Part shown: piece by piece, positions 1 to 11,734 of the stretch
Position numbering within the stretch: the first letter of the stretch is position 1
Layout of the letters: each line of letters opens with the position of its first letter
DNA from: Octopus sinensis
Lineage: Eukaryota
Length of the DNA stretch: 64,000 nt
Direction: 5' to 3'
NCBI RefSeq assembly: GCF_006345805.1
Contig: NC_043018.1
Span: 26,102,001 to 26,166,000, forward strand
Notes under the pieces: generated by a model
Databases searched by the model: none
What the model saw: only the letters and a program-made list of their open reading frames with translations
What the model was told of the DNA's origin: nothing
Program-made: the position numbers and the translations under genes

Positions 1-17
1 TATAAACATACATATAC

Positions 18-283
18 TGTGCCGGTGGCATGTGTAAAAAGATTCGAGCGAGGTCATTGTCAGGACCGCCTGGCTGGCCCCCATGCCGGTGGCACATAAA
101 AAGCACCCTCTACACTCTCGGAGTGGTTGGCGTTAGGAAGGGCATCCAGCTGTAGAAACTCTGCCAGATCAAGACTGGAGCCTGGTGCAGCCATCTGGTT
201 CACCAGCCCTCAGTCAAAATCGTCCAACCCATGCTAGCATGGAAAGCAGATGTTAAACGATGATGATGATGGTGATAATGATG
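18..283 (+). mobile_element. Repeat family C (SINE/LINE-tail-like element ending in (GAT)n), 3' part
   Basis: aaaagcacc...ggttggcgttaggaagggcatccagctgtagaaac...ccaacccatgctagcatggaaa...ttaaacgatgatgat; the same block recurs about 20 times in the window. Confidence 0.8.
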
Positions 284-669
284 ACTGCATAACATGATGT
301 TGGCATATGCATGAACGTGTGTGTGTGTGGTGTGTGTTATTGGTTTCCACACACTTTCCGTCGGACAAAATTCCACTCAATTTTGACCCAAGGCTATATT
401 AGGAGAGGCACTTGCCCAAGTGGGGAAACACCGTGCTGTTGGATCAAACCAGGAACTACATAATTATGAAGCAAACTTTTTTTCACCACAAAGCCATTTC
501 TGTAAGAGACATTAATAGAGGAATCATAAATTTGTTGTTGTTGTTGTTGTATAGTTTGGGAAGTAACAATCCACCAATATTTATTGATTCATAATTCTGG
601 CTTTTTTTTTTCTCTTTCCTACTGCACTATTATGAAGAAAAAAAATCCCTCCTTTCTTTCTCTCTCTCT

Positions 670-1030
670 GACACACACACACACACACACACACACCATC
701 CACACACACACACACACACACATCCACACACACACACACATCCACACACACACACATCCCCACACACCCACACTCCACACACACACACATCCACACACAC
801 CGCACATCACCACCACACCACACACATCCCACACACACACACTCACACACACACACACACATCCACACACACACACACATCCACACACACACACACATCC
901 ACACACACCCACACACATCCACACAACCACCACCATCCACACACACACACACCCACATCCACACACACACACACACACACACACATCCACACACACACAC
1001 ACTATCCACACACACCCACCACCACACAAC
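670..1030. repeat. Imperfect (CA)n microsatellite
   Basis: CA runs interrupted by TCC/CC. Confidence 0.95.
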
Positions 1031-2164
1031 CATATTCTTAAATGATGATTCCTATAAGGCATACCAAACAAATAAACTCATCAGTTGTGTTTGTTTGGTG
1101 GGTTTTTTTTTCTTCTTTTCTAACTGCAAAAGCAAAGAGCAACTGTGCATTTTTATTCCTGACCAAATGTTTCTGAAATGAAATGTCTGTGAATCAAATC
1201 CTTTTGTTCCACTGCTGCTTTATAGAACATAATCTTAATAAAAATCTATCAGCATTAGCAGCTGCCAAAACCTTTTGTTAGCCTGATTTCCTTCCATTTC
1301 CTTCTATTTCTTTCTGTTAAAACTTCTGACCCTTTCAGTAACATAACTAACATAACCACAGAGCCTCTACATAGAGCATCAACCTGCTAGAACAGATCCT
1401 TCCCCGTTGACACCAACCCCATGGTAAATTAAACACACACCCTGGCGTTGGCTTTTAATGAAATATGTAGAAAAGAATATATTGGATATTGGATGATGTA
1501 GTCCTATTTACAGAATGCCTGAGATGAGAAAATGATGGCATGATCTGTTCTGAAATGTATTTCGTCATAGGTCGCCTCATTAAGGATCTGACCTAGGGCT
1601 AAACAACAGTCTTATTCCAGTGTCTTTTTTTTTTTTCTTTGAGCTTCAGGACTCATAAAACCAGTTACCCAGATTCCATGATGTGTCAGTTCTAGGTGCA
1701 TGGCTCATTCAGCTTCATTCAGTTTCCATCTGCCAAATCCACTCACAAGGCTTTGGTCAGCCTGAGGCTATAGTAGAAGACACTTGACCAAGGTGCCATG
1801 CAGTGGGACTGAACTTGAAACCATGTGGTTGAGAAACATGCTTCTTACCACACAGCGACACCTTATTCCAAGATCATGGAAAAGCTGGTCAAGCTGTTGA
1901 GCTTCAGATCAAGTCTGATTCAGTGCATTTATGATTGCTACAAATTCCGGTTTTTTTTTTCCCTGTTCTCTCTCATACTCATTTTTTAAAGACTTAAATA
2001 GAGTGAGATTCGATTGCTATTTCTTGCAGATCATGTGGCTGCTGGAAGCCTTCTTTGTTGAACATAACTCTGTAGTACTTGCTTTGCTGATTCGTTAAGC
2101 TGTAAGGCTTAAATCACAATATTTTATCTGCTGACACAGTTACACACACTCAAACATGCACATG

Positions 2165-2690
2165 CTCTCTCTCTCTCTCCATCTCCCTGTCTTCTCACCA
2201 TGTCTCTATTTCCCCCCCATCTCTCTTTCCTTCCATCTTTTCATCTCTCTCTCCACCTTTCTCTCCTCTATCTTTCTCTCTCTCTCCACCTTTCTCCTTC
2301 ACCTTTCTTTCTCCTACACCTTTCTCTCTCCTACACCTTTCTCTTGCTTTCCTCTACCTTTCTCTCTTCCTCTCCTCCACCTTTCTCTCTTCTTCACTTT
2401 TCTCTCTCCTTCAATTTCTGTCCTCCACCTTTCTCACTCTTTCTCCTCTACCTTTCTCTCTCTCTCTCTGTCTCCTCCACTACTCTCTCCTCTACTACTC
2501 TTTCCTCTACCTTTGTCTATCTCTCTCTCTCTCTCAGTCTCCTCTACCGCTCTCTCTCTCCTCTCTCTCTGTCTCTCTCTCTCTCTCTCAGTCTCCTCTA
2601 CCGCTCTCTCTCTCCTCTCTCTCTGTCTCTCTCTCTCTCTCTCTCGCTCTCCTCTCTCTCGGTCTCCTCTACTGCTCTCTCTCTCTCTCA
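2165..2690. repeat. (CT)-rich low-complexity tract with higher-order units
   Basis: CT runs with recurrent ctccaccttt and cagtctcctctaccgct units. Confidence 0.95.
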
Positions 2691-3586
2691 TTCACTTTGT
2701 TCATTCATTCACTCTCAAAAAGACAGAATCAGCAACAACAACAACAACAACATCAAAAACACCCCAAGAAACCAACCAACAAACAAACAAACAAAATAAT
2801 TAAAAAAAAAACAAACAAAAAAAAACTGCAGAAACATTTGACATTTGACAAGGAATGAATCACAGTCATTAACACATGCCTGACACAACCGATTCCACAT
2901 AAAGTACAAAAACTTATTGCCATTCTATCTCTATTTATACTTTTGCCGTCTTTTCTCTCTTCACGTCTGTCTAATCAGCCAGATAGGTTTCATTACTGGT
3001 TTTTCGGATTTTTGGTTTTATTTACTTTCACTTTTTGAATTAATTTACTGCATCTTTTAATTACTGATTATCCAGACATTTGTCCATTCGCTCGTTCATT
3101 TGTTTATTTCTTTATTTATTTATTTATTCGCCACGTTCCTTCATCATTCATCAATGTGTTTGGTTTTGATTTTACGCCAAGCAAGCGTTCTGCCGTGAGG
3201 CAAGGAGGAAGCCACTGCATCGCCACATGGTTATTTGGCTTGCTAGAAGTAGCAGCCAAATTTTCATCCGACCACTCCCTACTGTCATAAGATAAAGGAA
3301 GGACAGATAAAATGATGTAGTGCTGGAGATACTGCATTCACCTTTTTAGTCATTGGACTGTGGCAATGCTGGGGCAGTTGTCATGAAGTGTTTTAGCTGA
3401 ACGAATTGACTTCGGTACTTTACAGGGGTGTAAACAAACGTGTTTGTGGGGAGGACAAAAACGCATATAGACACACATATTGACACACACACACACACAT
3501 GCACACACACGGTTGTTCTAGTAGCCAGAGTAAGTTTACCGTTAGTTTTAATCTTCACTCTTTGAGGGTTTTACTCAGTGGTCTTA

Positions 3587-4046
3587 TGAGGGGATGCTGA
3601 AAAGTTCCTTGCTTTAAGGATATTGTGAAAGGCCTGGCTGAAGGCCCAACCTCCCGAGTTCTTTTGCAGGGCTTAGAAAAAACTGAAGGACCTCTGCAAT
3701 AAGTGTGTGAATCTGAGAAGGGAACATGTTGGATAAAATCATAATTAACTGATCCTCCTGCATTTTCTTTTACTCAAAACCAGGAACTTTTCAGCATACC
3801 TATTTCTTTACTACCCACAAGGGGCTAAACACAGAGACGATAAACAAGGACAGACAAAGGGATTAAGTCGATTATATCGACCCCAGTGCGTAACTGGTAC
3901 TTATTTAATCGACCCTGAAAGGATGAAAGGCAAAGTCGACCTCGGCGGAATTTGAACTCAGAACGACATACCGCAGACGACATACCACTAAGAATTTCGC
4001 CCAGCATGCTAACGTTTCTGCCAGCTCGCCTTTCAGCATACCCTCA
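3587..4046 (+). mobile_element. Internally deleted mariner element (MITE), interrupted by a SINE
   Basis: TA flanks (3585-3586, 4047-4048). TIRs tgaggggatgctgaaaagttcct / aggaacttttcagcataccctca. Internal remnant translates KKLKDLCNKCVNLRREHVG*, like mariner transposase C-termini. Confidence 0.8.
3797..4030 (-). mobile_element. SINE family B, full length, inserted in the mariner right TIR
   Basis: Head ggcgagctggcagaaacgttagca, central gcctttcatcctttc.gggtcgat..ataagtaccag domain; 12-bp TSD tttcagcatacc. Confidence 0.9.
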
Positions 4047-4059
4047 TATGTTGGCTCTC

Positions 4060-4200
4060 TTTACAATGTAGTTCTTGGTTAAGTGATCTTCCCAATACAT
4101 TCTCAGAATTCTTTGCATTCATCTTCAGTAGAATATGTCCAGCTTTCTGTTGATTTCCAGTGTTTTTCCCATCTCCAGTAAGCTCACCATCATCAATTCA
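4060..4200 (-). pseudogene. Possible highly degraded RTE-type LINE RT C-terminal fragment
   Basis: Minus-strand translation contains RKLDIFY*R*MQRILRMYWEDHLT, resembling RTE-clade C-terminal motifs; weak. Confidence 0.35.
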
Positions 4201-4266
4201 CCACAGGAACAGTTCCCTGTTGTCAAGTCACCATTTTGTTTTTTCCAGTAAAATAGTTTTTAACTA

Positions 4267-4683
4267 GGCGCAGGAGTGGCTGTGTGGTAAGTGGCTTGCT
4301 TACATAAAACATGGTTCCGGGTTCAGTCCCACTATGTGGCACCTTGGGCAAGTGTCTTCTACTATAGTCTCAGGCCGACCAAAGCCTTGTGAGTGGATTT
4401 GGTAGGCGGAAACTGAAAGAAGTTGTATATATGAATATGTATATATATTTATATATATATATGTGTCTGTGTATGTGTTTGTGTGTCTGTGTTGGTCTCC
4501 CACTCCAACGTCGCTTGACAACCGATGCTGGTGTGTTTATGTCCCTGAAACTTAGCGGTTCGGCAAAGAGATCAATAGAAGAAGTACTAGGCTTACAAAG
4601 AATAAGTCCTGGGGTCGATTTGCTCGACTAAAGGCAGTGCTCCAGCATGGCTGCAGTCAACTGACTGAAACAAGTAAAAGAGT
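4267..4683 (+). mobile_element. SINE family A (tRNA-derived head, internal (TA)/(TG) tract), full length
   Basis: ggcgcaggagtggctgtgtggtaag (A-box-like) and ggttcagtccc (B-box-like), ending ...tgactgaaacaagtaaaagag; flanked by taacta repeats; more than 20 copies or fragments in the window. Confidence 0.9.
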
Positions 4684-5077
4684 AACTATTAATGGTGAGA
4701 AATACTCTGGGTATGTTTTCTCGGTGAACTTAACTGTAATCATTCTTCTGTGTCTCACTCACATAGAAAGCTGTTTGTAGAACTATGCTTTTATAGAGCT
4801 GGATATTTGTGTAGAAGGGTTGGTGATATGAAGAGCATCCAGCTGTAAAACTCCCGTCTCAAGTATGCTTCTATTTAACCCTTGTCCGTATGCAAAACAG
4901 ATGCTGAACAATCGAATGACTGATTTTTCTCAGTCATTTATTAAATCCACTTTTAGAAATTTTAGTTTCTGTATTTTCTTAATGAAATATTTATGTCGTG
5001 TCTGGGGAGGGTCATATTGGTCTTAATGCCTTATTATTCTAACACACTCACTGGTTTGATTCCCACTCATTTATCAT

Positions 5078-5490
5078 TTACTCTTTACTCTTTCTCTTTA
5101 CTCTTTTACTTGTTTCAGTCATTTGACTGCGGCCATGCTGGAGCATCGTCTTTAATCGAGCAACTCAACCCCAGGACTTATTCTTTTGTAAGCCCAGAAC
5201 TTATTCTATCGGTCTCTTTTGCCGAACTGCTAAGTAACGGGGACATAAACACACCAGCATCAGTTGTCAAGCAATGCTCAAACACAGACACACAAACACA
5301 TACACGCATATATATATATATATACATATATACGACGGCCTTCTTTCAGTTTCCATCTACCAAATGCACTCACAAGGCTTTGGTCGGCCCGAGGCTATAG
5401 TAGAAGACACTTGCCCAAGGTGCCACGCAGTGGGACTGAACCTGGAACCATGTGGTTGGTAAACAAGCTACTTACCACACAGCCACTCCT
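5078..5490 (-). mobile_element. SINE family A, full length, inverted relative to 4267-4683
   Basis: Reverse complement of the family A sequence; ends about 100 nt upstream of the unc-13 exon acceptor. Confidence 0.9.
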
Positions 5491-5593
5491 ATATTTTTTC
5501 TTCCTAAATTTTCGTTGCTTTTGCAACTTTGTCAGTGGATGTTGACTCTGTCCATTATTCATTTATCTATTTGGTTTTTGTTTTTTTTTCCAG

Positions 5594-5693
5594 AGAGATA
5601 TAACACTTATGTGACACTGAAACTTCAAAATGTGAAATCGACGACAATTCAAGTGAAAGGAAATAACCCAAGCTGGGAGCAAGATTTCATGTT
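5594..5693 (+). CDS. unc-13: unc-13/Munc13 coding exon (N-terminal C2A domain, equivalent to vertebrate UNC13A/B exon 3), 100 nt, phase 1 to phase 2
   Basis: Polypyrimidine tract + CAG acceptor (5591-5593) and GTAAGT donor (5694). Translation (E)[32 protein letters not shown](F) closely matches recalled Munc13-1 [34 protein letters not shown]. Confidence 0.95.
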
Positions 5694-6229
5694 GTAAGTA
5701 TTGATTTCGTATATATTTCCTTTCTCTCGCTGGAAACGAGGATTCAGACAGAAAAGGGGGAAAAAAAAAATTGGAAAAAAAAAAGAAAAGAGAAGGAAAG
5801 GGAGAGATATAAAACTGCTTCGTTTCTAAGAATTGCCATGTGTGGAATAAAGAAACAAAAAAAAAAAAAATAAATGGAACATTTAAAAACCAAGCAAAGA
5901 AAACAATCAACATATGCTTTTGTGAGAGATACCATATGTACTGTAATGGCATGCAAAAAAAAAAGTGAATATTTAATCAATTAAAACTACACTTGTAATG
6001 AAAATTAATTATTTGTGTTAATGATAATTTTTATCGAAGTCTAGAGCGATGGTTCTCAGCTGGGTTCCATATGACCCCTGAGGTTCCACATAAGACTTTT
6101 GAGGATCTACATATGCAGAATAATAAATTGGGGGTCCACAAGTTTTCATCTGCCAAATCCTCTCATAAGGTATTGGTAGACCCAGGGCTATATTAGAAGA
6201 CATTTGCTCAAGATGCCACACAGTGGATG

Positions 6230-6737
6230 TTTAATGATAAAGAGGATGATGAATGATGATAAATGATGATGTAGATGATGAATAATGATGTGGATGATGA
6301 ATGATGATGTGGATGATGAATGATGACTGATGATGATGAATGATGATGAGGATGATGAATGATGATGTGGATGATGATGAATGATGATGATAAATGATGA
6401 TGTGGATGATGAATGATGATGTGGATGATGAATGATGATGTGGATGATGGATGATGATAGATGATGATGAGGATGATGAATGATGATGTAAATGATGATG
6501 AATGATGATGTGTATGATGAATGATGATGAGGATTATGAATGATGATTAGGATTATGAATGATGATGTGAATGATGACTGATGATGATGAATAATGATGA
6601 GGATTATGAATGATGATATAAATGATGATGATGATGAATGATGATATAAATGATGATGATATTGATGTGAATGATGATGTGGATTATGAATGATGATGTG
6701 AATGGTGACTGATGATGATGTAGATGAAGGATGATGA
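6230..6737. repeat. Degenerate (GAT)n / gaatgatgatgtggat minisatellite
   Basis: Direct reading. Confidence 0.95.
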
Positions 6738-7240
6738 AAATAACGAACGTCCTTGTGACAAATCTTTTCAAGAAACAAATGACCATGCACTGTATAAACC
6801 ATGCATTGTATAATAGTCGTAAACGAGTGTTACCTACATACAAGCAGTGTTATTTGTTTCAAGCTTTCTGTGAAAATGTCCCTGGTGAAAAGGAAAATTA
6901 CCATACTTCGAAAAAAGTAAGGGTTGGCAACAAAAAGAGCATCTGGCTGTAGAAAATCTGCCTCAATGAATTCTATCCGACCTTTGCAAGCATAGAATGA
7001 TAATGATTACACAGTGCAATGCGATTTTTGTACGTGGGTAGCCTCTGTTATTTCCTATTTGCTTATGCCTAGAAATATGAAAAAGGTTAACATTTCCTTT
7101 TGTTATATTTATTGAAACCCCGAAGAATTCCTCTCAACACATGGCTATGATGCTCCCCCACTACTCCTGCTCATCATCAGAGATGCACATATTGTCAGCC
7201 ACTAAGGGCCATGCTCATGGAGTTAAGGTCAAGCAACTGA

Positions 7241-7670
7241 CAAGCAAATCTGTGGTATTGAGCAGAATATTCGCTATAACGATATTTCTGCTTCAACAAC
7301 TCGGCGTTAAATCTTTCTGAAATGTAATGGAAAACCAGTCAGTTTCAGAACCTTGATGTCCAGGTCACAAAAGTAAAGTTTGAGGGAATAGTTGTGATTT
7401 CCTTTGATTTCTAGATACAATCAAACAGGAAATAGCATTTACTGACCAAAGGCAACAAGCGAATCTGTGGTACTGAGCAGAATATTTGCTACAATGATAT
7501 TTCTCCTTCAGCAACTCAGCGCTGAATCTTTCTGAAATGTAATGGAAAATAGGTCAGTTTCAAAACGTTGATGTCCAGGTCAGAAAAAGCAAAAGTTTGA
7601 AGTGAATAGTGGTCATTTCCTTTGGTTTCTAGATAGAAGCAAATAAGAAAATAACACCTACTGACCAAAG
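7241..7670. repeat. Old ~215-bp tandem duplication (2 diverged copies)
   Basis: caagc.aatctgtggta.tgagcagaatatt...tactgaccaaag at 7241-7451 and 7456-7670. Confidence 0.85.
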
Positions 7671-7874
7671 ATTAAAATTTCGCTACACGGTGTGATGATT
7701 ATGACCACCTAACTGTAGAATTACATTAACTACTGTGCTGTAGCATAGATGAAGCCAAAGGTGTGTGTATGAATGAATGAACTTAAACACAGACTCTTGG
7801 AGCAAGTCAGTTTACAAATTAAAGAAAGCATCTTGTACTGCACTTCATACCGACATATTGTGCTGTAGTATTCT

Positions 7875-8290
7875 TATTTCTTTATTACCCACAAGGGGCT
7901 AAACATAGAGGGGACAAACAAGGAAAGATAAAGGGATTAAGTCGATTACATCGACCCCAGTGCGTAACTTGTACTTAATTTATTGACCCCGAAAAGATGA
8001 AAGGCAAAGTCGACTTCAGCGGAATTTGAACTCAGAACGTAGCAGCAGACAAAATACCTATTTCTTTATTGCCCACAAGGGGCTAAACATAGAGGGGACA
8101 AACAAGGAAAGACAAAGGGATTAAGTTGATTACATTGACCCCAGTGCATAACTTGTACTTAATTTATTGACCCCAAAAGGATGAAAGGCTAAGTCGACCT
8201 CAGCAGAATTTGGACTCAGAACGTAGCGACAGACGAAATACCGCTAAGCATTTTGCCCGGCGTGCTAACATTTCTACCAGCTTGCTCGCC
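7875..8290 (-). mobile_element. SINE family B, tandem dimer
   Basis: Two bodies with one head; 11-bp TSD tgtagtattct. Confidence 0.9.
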
Positions 8291-8769
8291 ATGTAGTATT
8301 CTATATGCTGCAAGTCCAGTTAAAGTAAATGGTAAAATTATACTTGGCACTATATTAGTTCTTGTAGAATAATCAACATCTAAGTGACATCTCTTGTGTT
8401 TACACAAGACCAGCCCAGCCAGCCAGCCAGCCAACTAAGCACATCTGATGCATATTAAGAGAGCTACTTGATGGCAGTGTTTTTGTCGGTATTTGAAATG
8501 AATTGGTCTTAATGAATAATCAAGACTGTGTTGCATAGTATTATGTTGAACAGTAATCCTCTCTTTGACTATTCCACTGGTCATTTGAGAGGCTTGTTAA
8601 AGAACTATTGGGGCAGTAAACTCTCGGCAGTAAGTGCTAGATATCAAGGCCTTTGTAACTGTTCAAATATCATCTTTATCATGTAGCAAGAAACCTTTAT
8701 AACCTTGATAACTTATAAAATAACTAAAGGCTATAAATGTTAATTTAGGTTCAAGGTATAATTAATCCA

Positions 8770-8996
8770 TTAACCCTTTTGTTACCAACCTGGCTGAAAC
8801 TGCCTCTGGCTCTGTAGTACAAATGTCTTGTTTTCATAAGTTTTGAATTAAAATCTTCCACCAAACCTTATTCACAATTCATGTTCCTAACACTAGCTTA
8901 ATGATAACTAAGTTATTTTCCTTAATTCTTTGTTATATTTAAAATAATTGAAAGAAACAGAGCATCTCAAAATAAATATGGTAATGAAAAGGTTAA
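8770..8996. mobile_element. TTAA-flanked piggyBac-type MITE
   Basis: ttaa-cccttttgttacc ... ggtaatgaaaagg-ttaa termini; related copies at ~51133-51361 and, inverted, ~57908-58135. Confidence 0.75.
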
Positions 8997-9335
8997 CTGC
9001 CAAATTTTTTTATTCATATTTTTTGGCTTTGCCAGGTGTATTAGGAGTTAAAATAATATATAGTATTTAAATTTTCTTCATAAGTGAATTATTTTGAAAA
9101 TTATAATAAATTTTTCGAAAAGTCCAAAATGGAGATTGCTGAAAAAAAGCATATTTATCCCTTTCTATTCAATTGCAATAATAAGCATTTTAGTTTTTTT
9201 GAAACTATATTATCAATTGGGTAATATCAATGAATGATATAGATGGGAAATGTAAAAAAAAAGAACCATTTTGAAAACAGTCAATATTTTTGTAGTTCAA
9301 AAATTGCAATTTATGAGATAAAATATTCTCTAGAA

Positions 9336-9613
9336 CAATGCTGCTCAAACTATCTGAAGTGGCAGTTTTTTGTCCATTGTACCAGGGACCGGTAATATTT
9401 CCTAGTAATATTAATTTATACCGGAAACGATATATATAATGAATATAATAAGAGTTGACTTTTTTTTTATTGTATATTTATTTTGTAAACAAATAATACA
9501 ATATTATATAAGCTTTTGATAATGTTTCTTTCTTTTCTGGAAACTCGCCACATACTGGTAACTGATGGTTCGTGCTGGCACCGATCCGTGGACCACCACT
9601 TTGAGTAGCACTG
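9336..9613. mobile_element. hAT (Charlie-type) MITE
   Basis: TIRs caatgctgctcaaa / tttgagtagcactg and a perfect 8-bp TSD CTCTAGAA (9328-9335, 9614-9621), fitting the NTCTAGAN target typical of hAT-Charlie. Confidence 0.88.
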
Positions 9614-9784
9614 CTCTAGAATTAGCCAGAGCTGGTGATGACAAACTTCAACTATTAAATATTGTTAAGCACACCTCTACAAATGCAATGTACATAGGCA
9701 GTTCACTTTAAATACAACGAACGACTGGCAGGCAATTAGTTAAAAGATGTGATACTTCTTTCTCTTGAAAAATGTCCCTACATA

Positions 9785-10206
9785 GGCACAGGCGTGGCTG
9801 TATGGTAAGAAGCTTGCTTCTCAACCACCTAGTTCTGGGTTCAGTCCCACTGCATGGCTCCTTGGGCAAGTGTCTTCTATTATAGCCTTGGGCTGACCAA
9901 AGCCTTGCGAGTGGATTTGGGAGATGGAAACTAAAAGAAGCCCAGATGTATATATATGTAGGTGTGTGTTTGTGTGCCCTTGTGTTTGTTTCAGCTACCA
10001 CCACCACCACTGCTTGACAACTGGTGTTGGTGTGTTTACATCCCCATAACTTAGAAGTTTGGCAAAAGAGACTGATAAAATAAGGACCAGACTTTTAAAG
10101 AAAAGTAAGTCCTGGGGTTGATCCATTCAACTAAGAATTCTTCAGGGTGGTGCTGCAGCATAGCCACAGTCTAATGACTGTAACAAATAAAGCATAAAAG
10201 ATAAAA
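9785..10206 (+). mobile_element. SINE family A, older diverged copy
   Basis: Family A head and tail recognisable. Confidence 0.85.
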
Positions 10207-10470
10207 GGTATTGAATCAAAACCAATGCCTGTAACCTATTGTTACAAAATATTGCTCAGTATTCTTTAGACAACGTGTTTAGCTCAAAGCCTAGGTTTTT
10301 GAAGTAAATTCTTCTAGTTGTCTTGTATGCCCAGTAGCATTATACAGGTATACCTCGCCCTAAGTTGTTAATTGGTTCCAGGAGACATGACCTAAGTCGA
10401 ATTGCTTGTCTGTATGCTAGGCTAGGCTTGGCTTGGCTTGGCTAGGCCTGGTCTAGCCTAGCCTAAACTG

Positions 10471-11734
10471 CTAATAGCCATTCCCAACTGCTGTACTATA
10501 TTTATGAATGCATTTTCGATAAGTCATCATCATTATCGTTTAACGTCCGTTCTCCATGCTAGCATGAGTTGGACAGTTCGACAGGGATCTGGGAAGCCAG
10601 AAGGCTGCACCAGGCTCCAGTCTGATCTGGCAGTGTTTCTACAGCTGGATGCCCTTCCTAACGCCAACCACTCATGAGTGTAGTGGGTGCTTTTTATGTA
10701 CCACCGGCACAGGTGCCAGACGAGGCTGGCATCGGCCATGTTCAGATGGTGCTTTTTACATGTCACCGGCATGGAAGCCAGTCAAGGTGGCACTGGCATC
10801 AGCCACGTTCAGATGGTGCTTTTTACGTGGCACTGGCACAGGGATCACAGCTACAATTTCCATTGATTTTTGATGTTGGTGTAATAAGTCATGGTTAATA
10901 AAAACCTTTCTTAAGTTTACAAACAAATGTATTTATTATTTTGTAATACAGTAGAAAAAAAAAACTAATTTAAATTTACCAATATGTACAATTTGGTGGT
11001 GTCTACATCGTTAATAGCCATTCTCTATTACTGTACTTCATTTATGAATGCATTTTCAATAAGATGTTCATCATCAGCATCATTGTTTAACGTCCGCTTT
11101 CCATGCTGGCATGGGTTGGGCAGTTTGACTGAGGACTGGCGAGCCAGAAGGCTGCGCCAGCCTCTGATCTGCTCTGACAAGGTTTCTACAGCTGGATGCC
11201 CTCCTAATGCCAACCACTCCGAGAATGCAGTGAGTGCTTTTTAAGTGCCACTGGCATGGGAACAAGTCAGGAGGCACTGTCATCTACCACATTTGGATTG
11301 TGCTTTTTACATGCCACCAACACGGTATCCAGTCAGGGGGCACTGGCATCTACCGTATTTGGATTGTACTTCTTATGTACCATCAGCATGGGAGCCAATC
11401 AGGGTGCATTAATGGAAATCTATTTTAAGTTTACAAACAAATGTATTTACTATTTTGTAATATAGTAAAAAAAAAAAGAACGAAAGTATTTTAAATTTAG
11501 CAAAACGTGCAATTTGGTGGTGTTTACATCATTAGTAGCCATTCCCCAGGGCTGTATTTTATTTATGAACGCTAATAGCCATTCCCAACTGCTGTACTTT
11601 ATTTATGAATGCATTTTCAATAAAAAAACCTATTTTAAGCTTACAATCAAATAATTATTATTTTGTAATAAAGTAAAAACAAAAAAAATAGTGTCTTAAA
11701 TTTACTGATATGTAAAATTTGGTGGTGTTTACAC
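10471..11734. repeat. Degenerate ~165-bp tandem array (about 3 units), two units carrying family C insertions (~10524-10875 and ~11066-11400, - strand)
   Basis: Recurrent taatagccattc...tttatgaatgcattttc.ataa and taagtttacaaacaaatgtattta...aatttggtggtgt blocks. Confidence 0.8.

Noticed and set aside
581-2803. Long ORFs rich in HT/CV or LS/ER (also 21172-21776, 22943-23290, 34251-34601, 38305-38707, 48490-49038)
   Set aside because: They are translations of CA, CT, CAT, CTT and TA microsatellites, with no domain, splice or codon evidence.
4267-4345. tRNA-like sequences at SINE heads (also ~18529, ~33000, ~36815)
   Set aside because: They are A/B-box-bearing heads continuous with repeat bodies; no complete cloverleaf with acceptor stem, so not tRNA genes.
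1-5593. The expected ~30-nt upstream unc-13 exon (VKKA-like)
   Set aside because: No convincing acceptor-exon-donor match was found by eye; it is probably upstream of the window or was missed.
5452-5697. 81-aa ORF as a stand-alone gene (likewise the 96-aa ORF 37317-37607)
   Set aside because: Only the parts between splice sites resemble Munc13; the rest is SINE or intron read-through.
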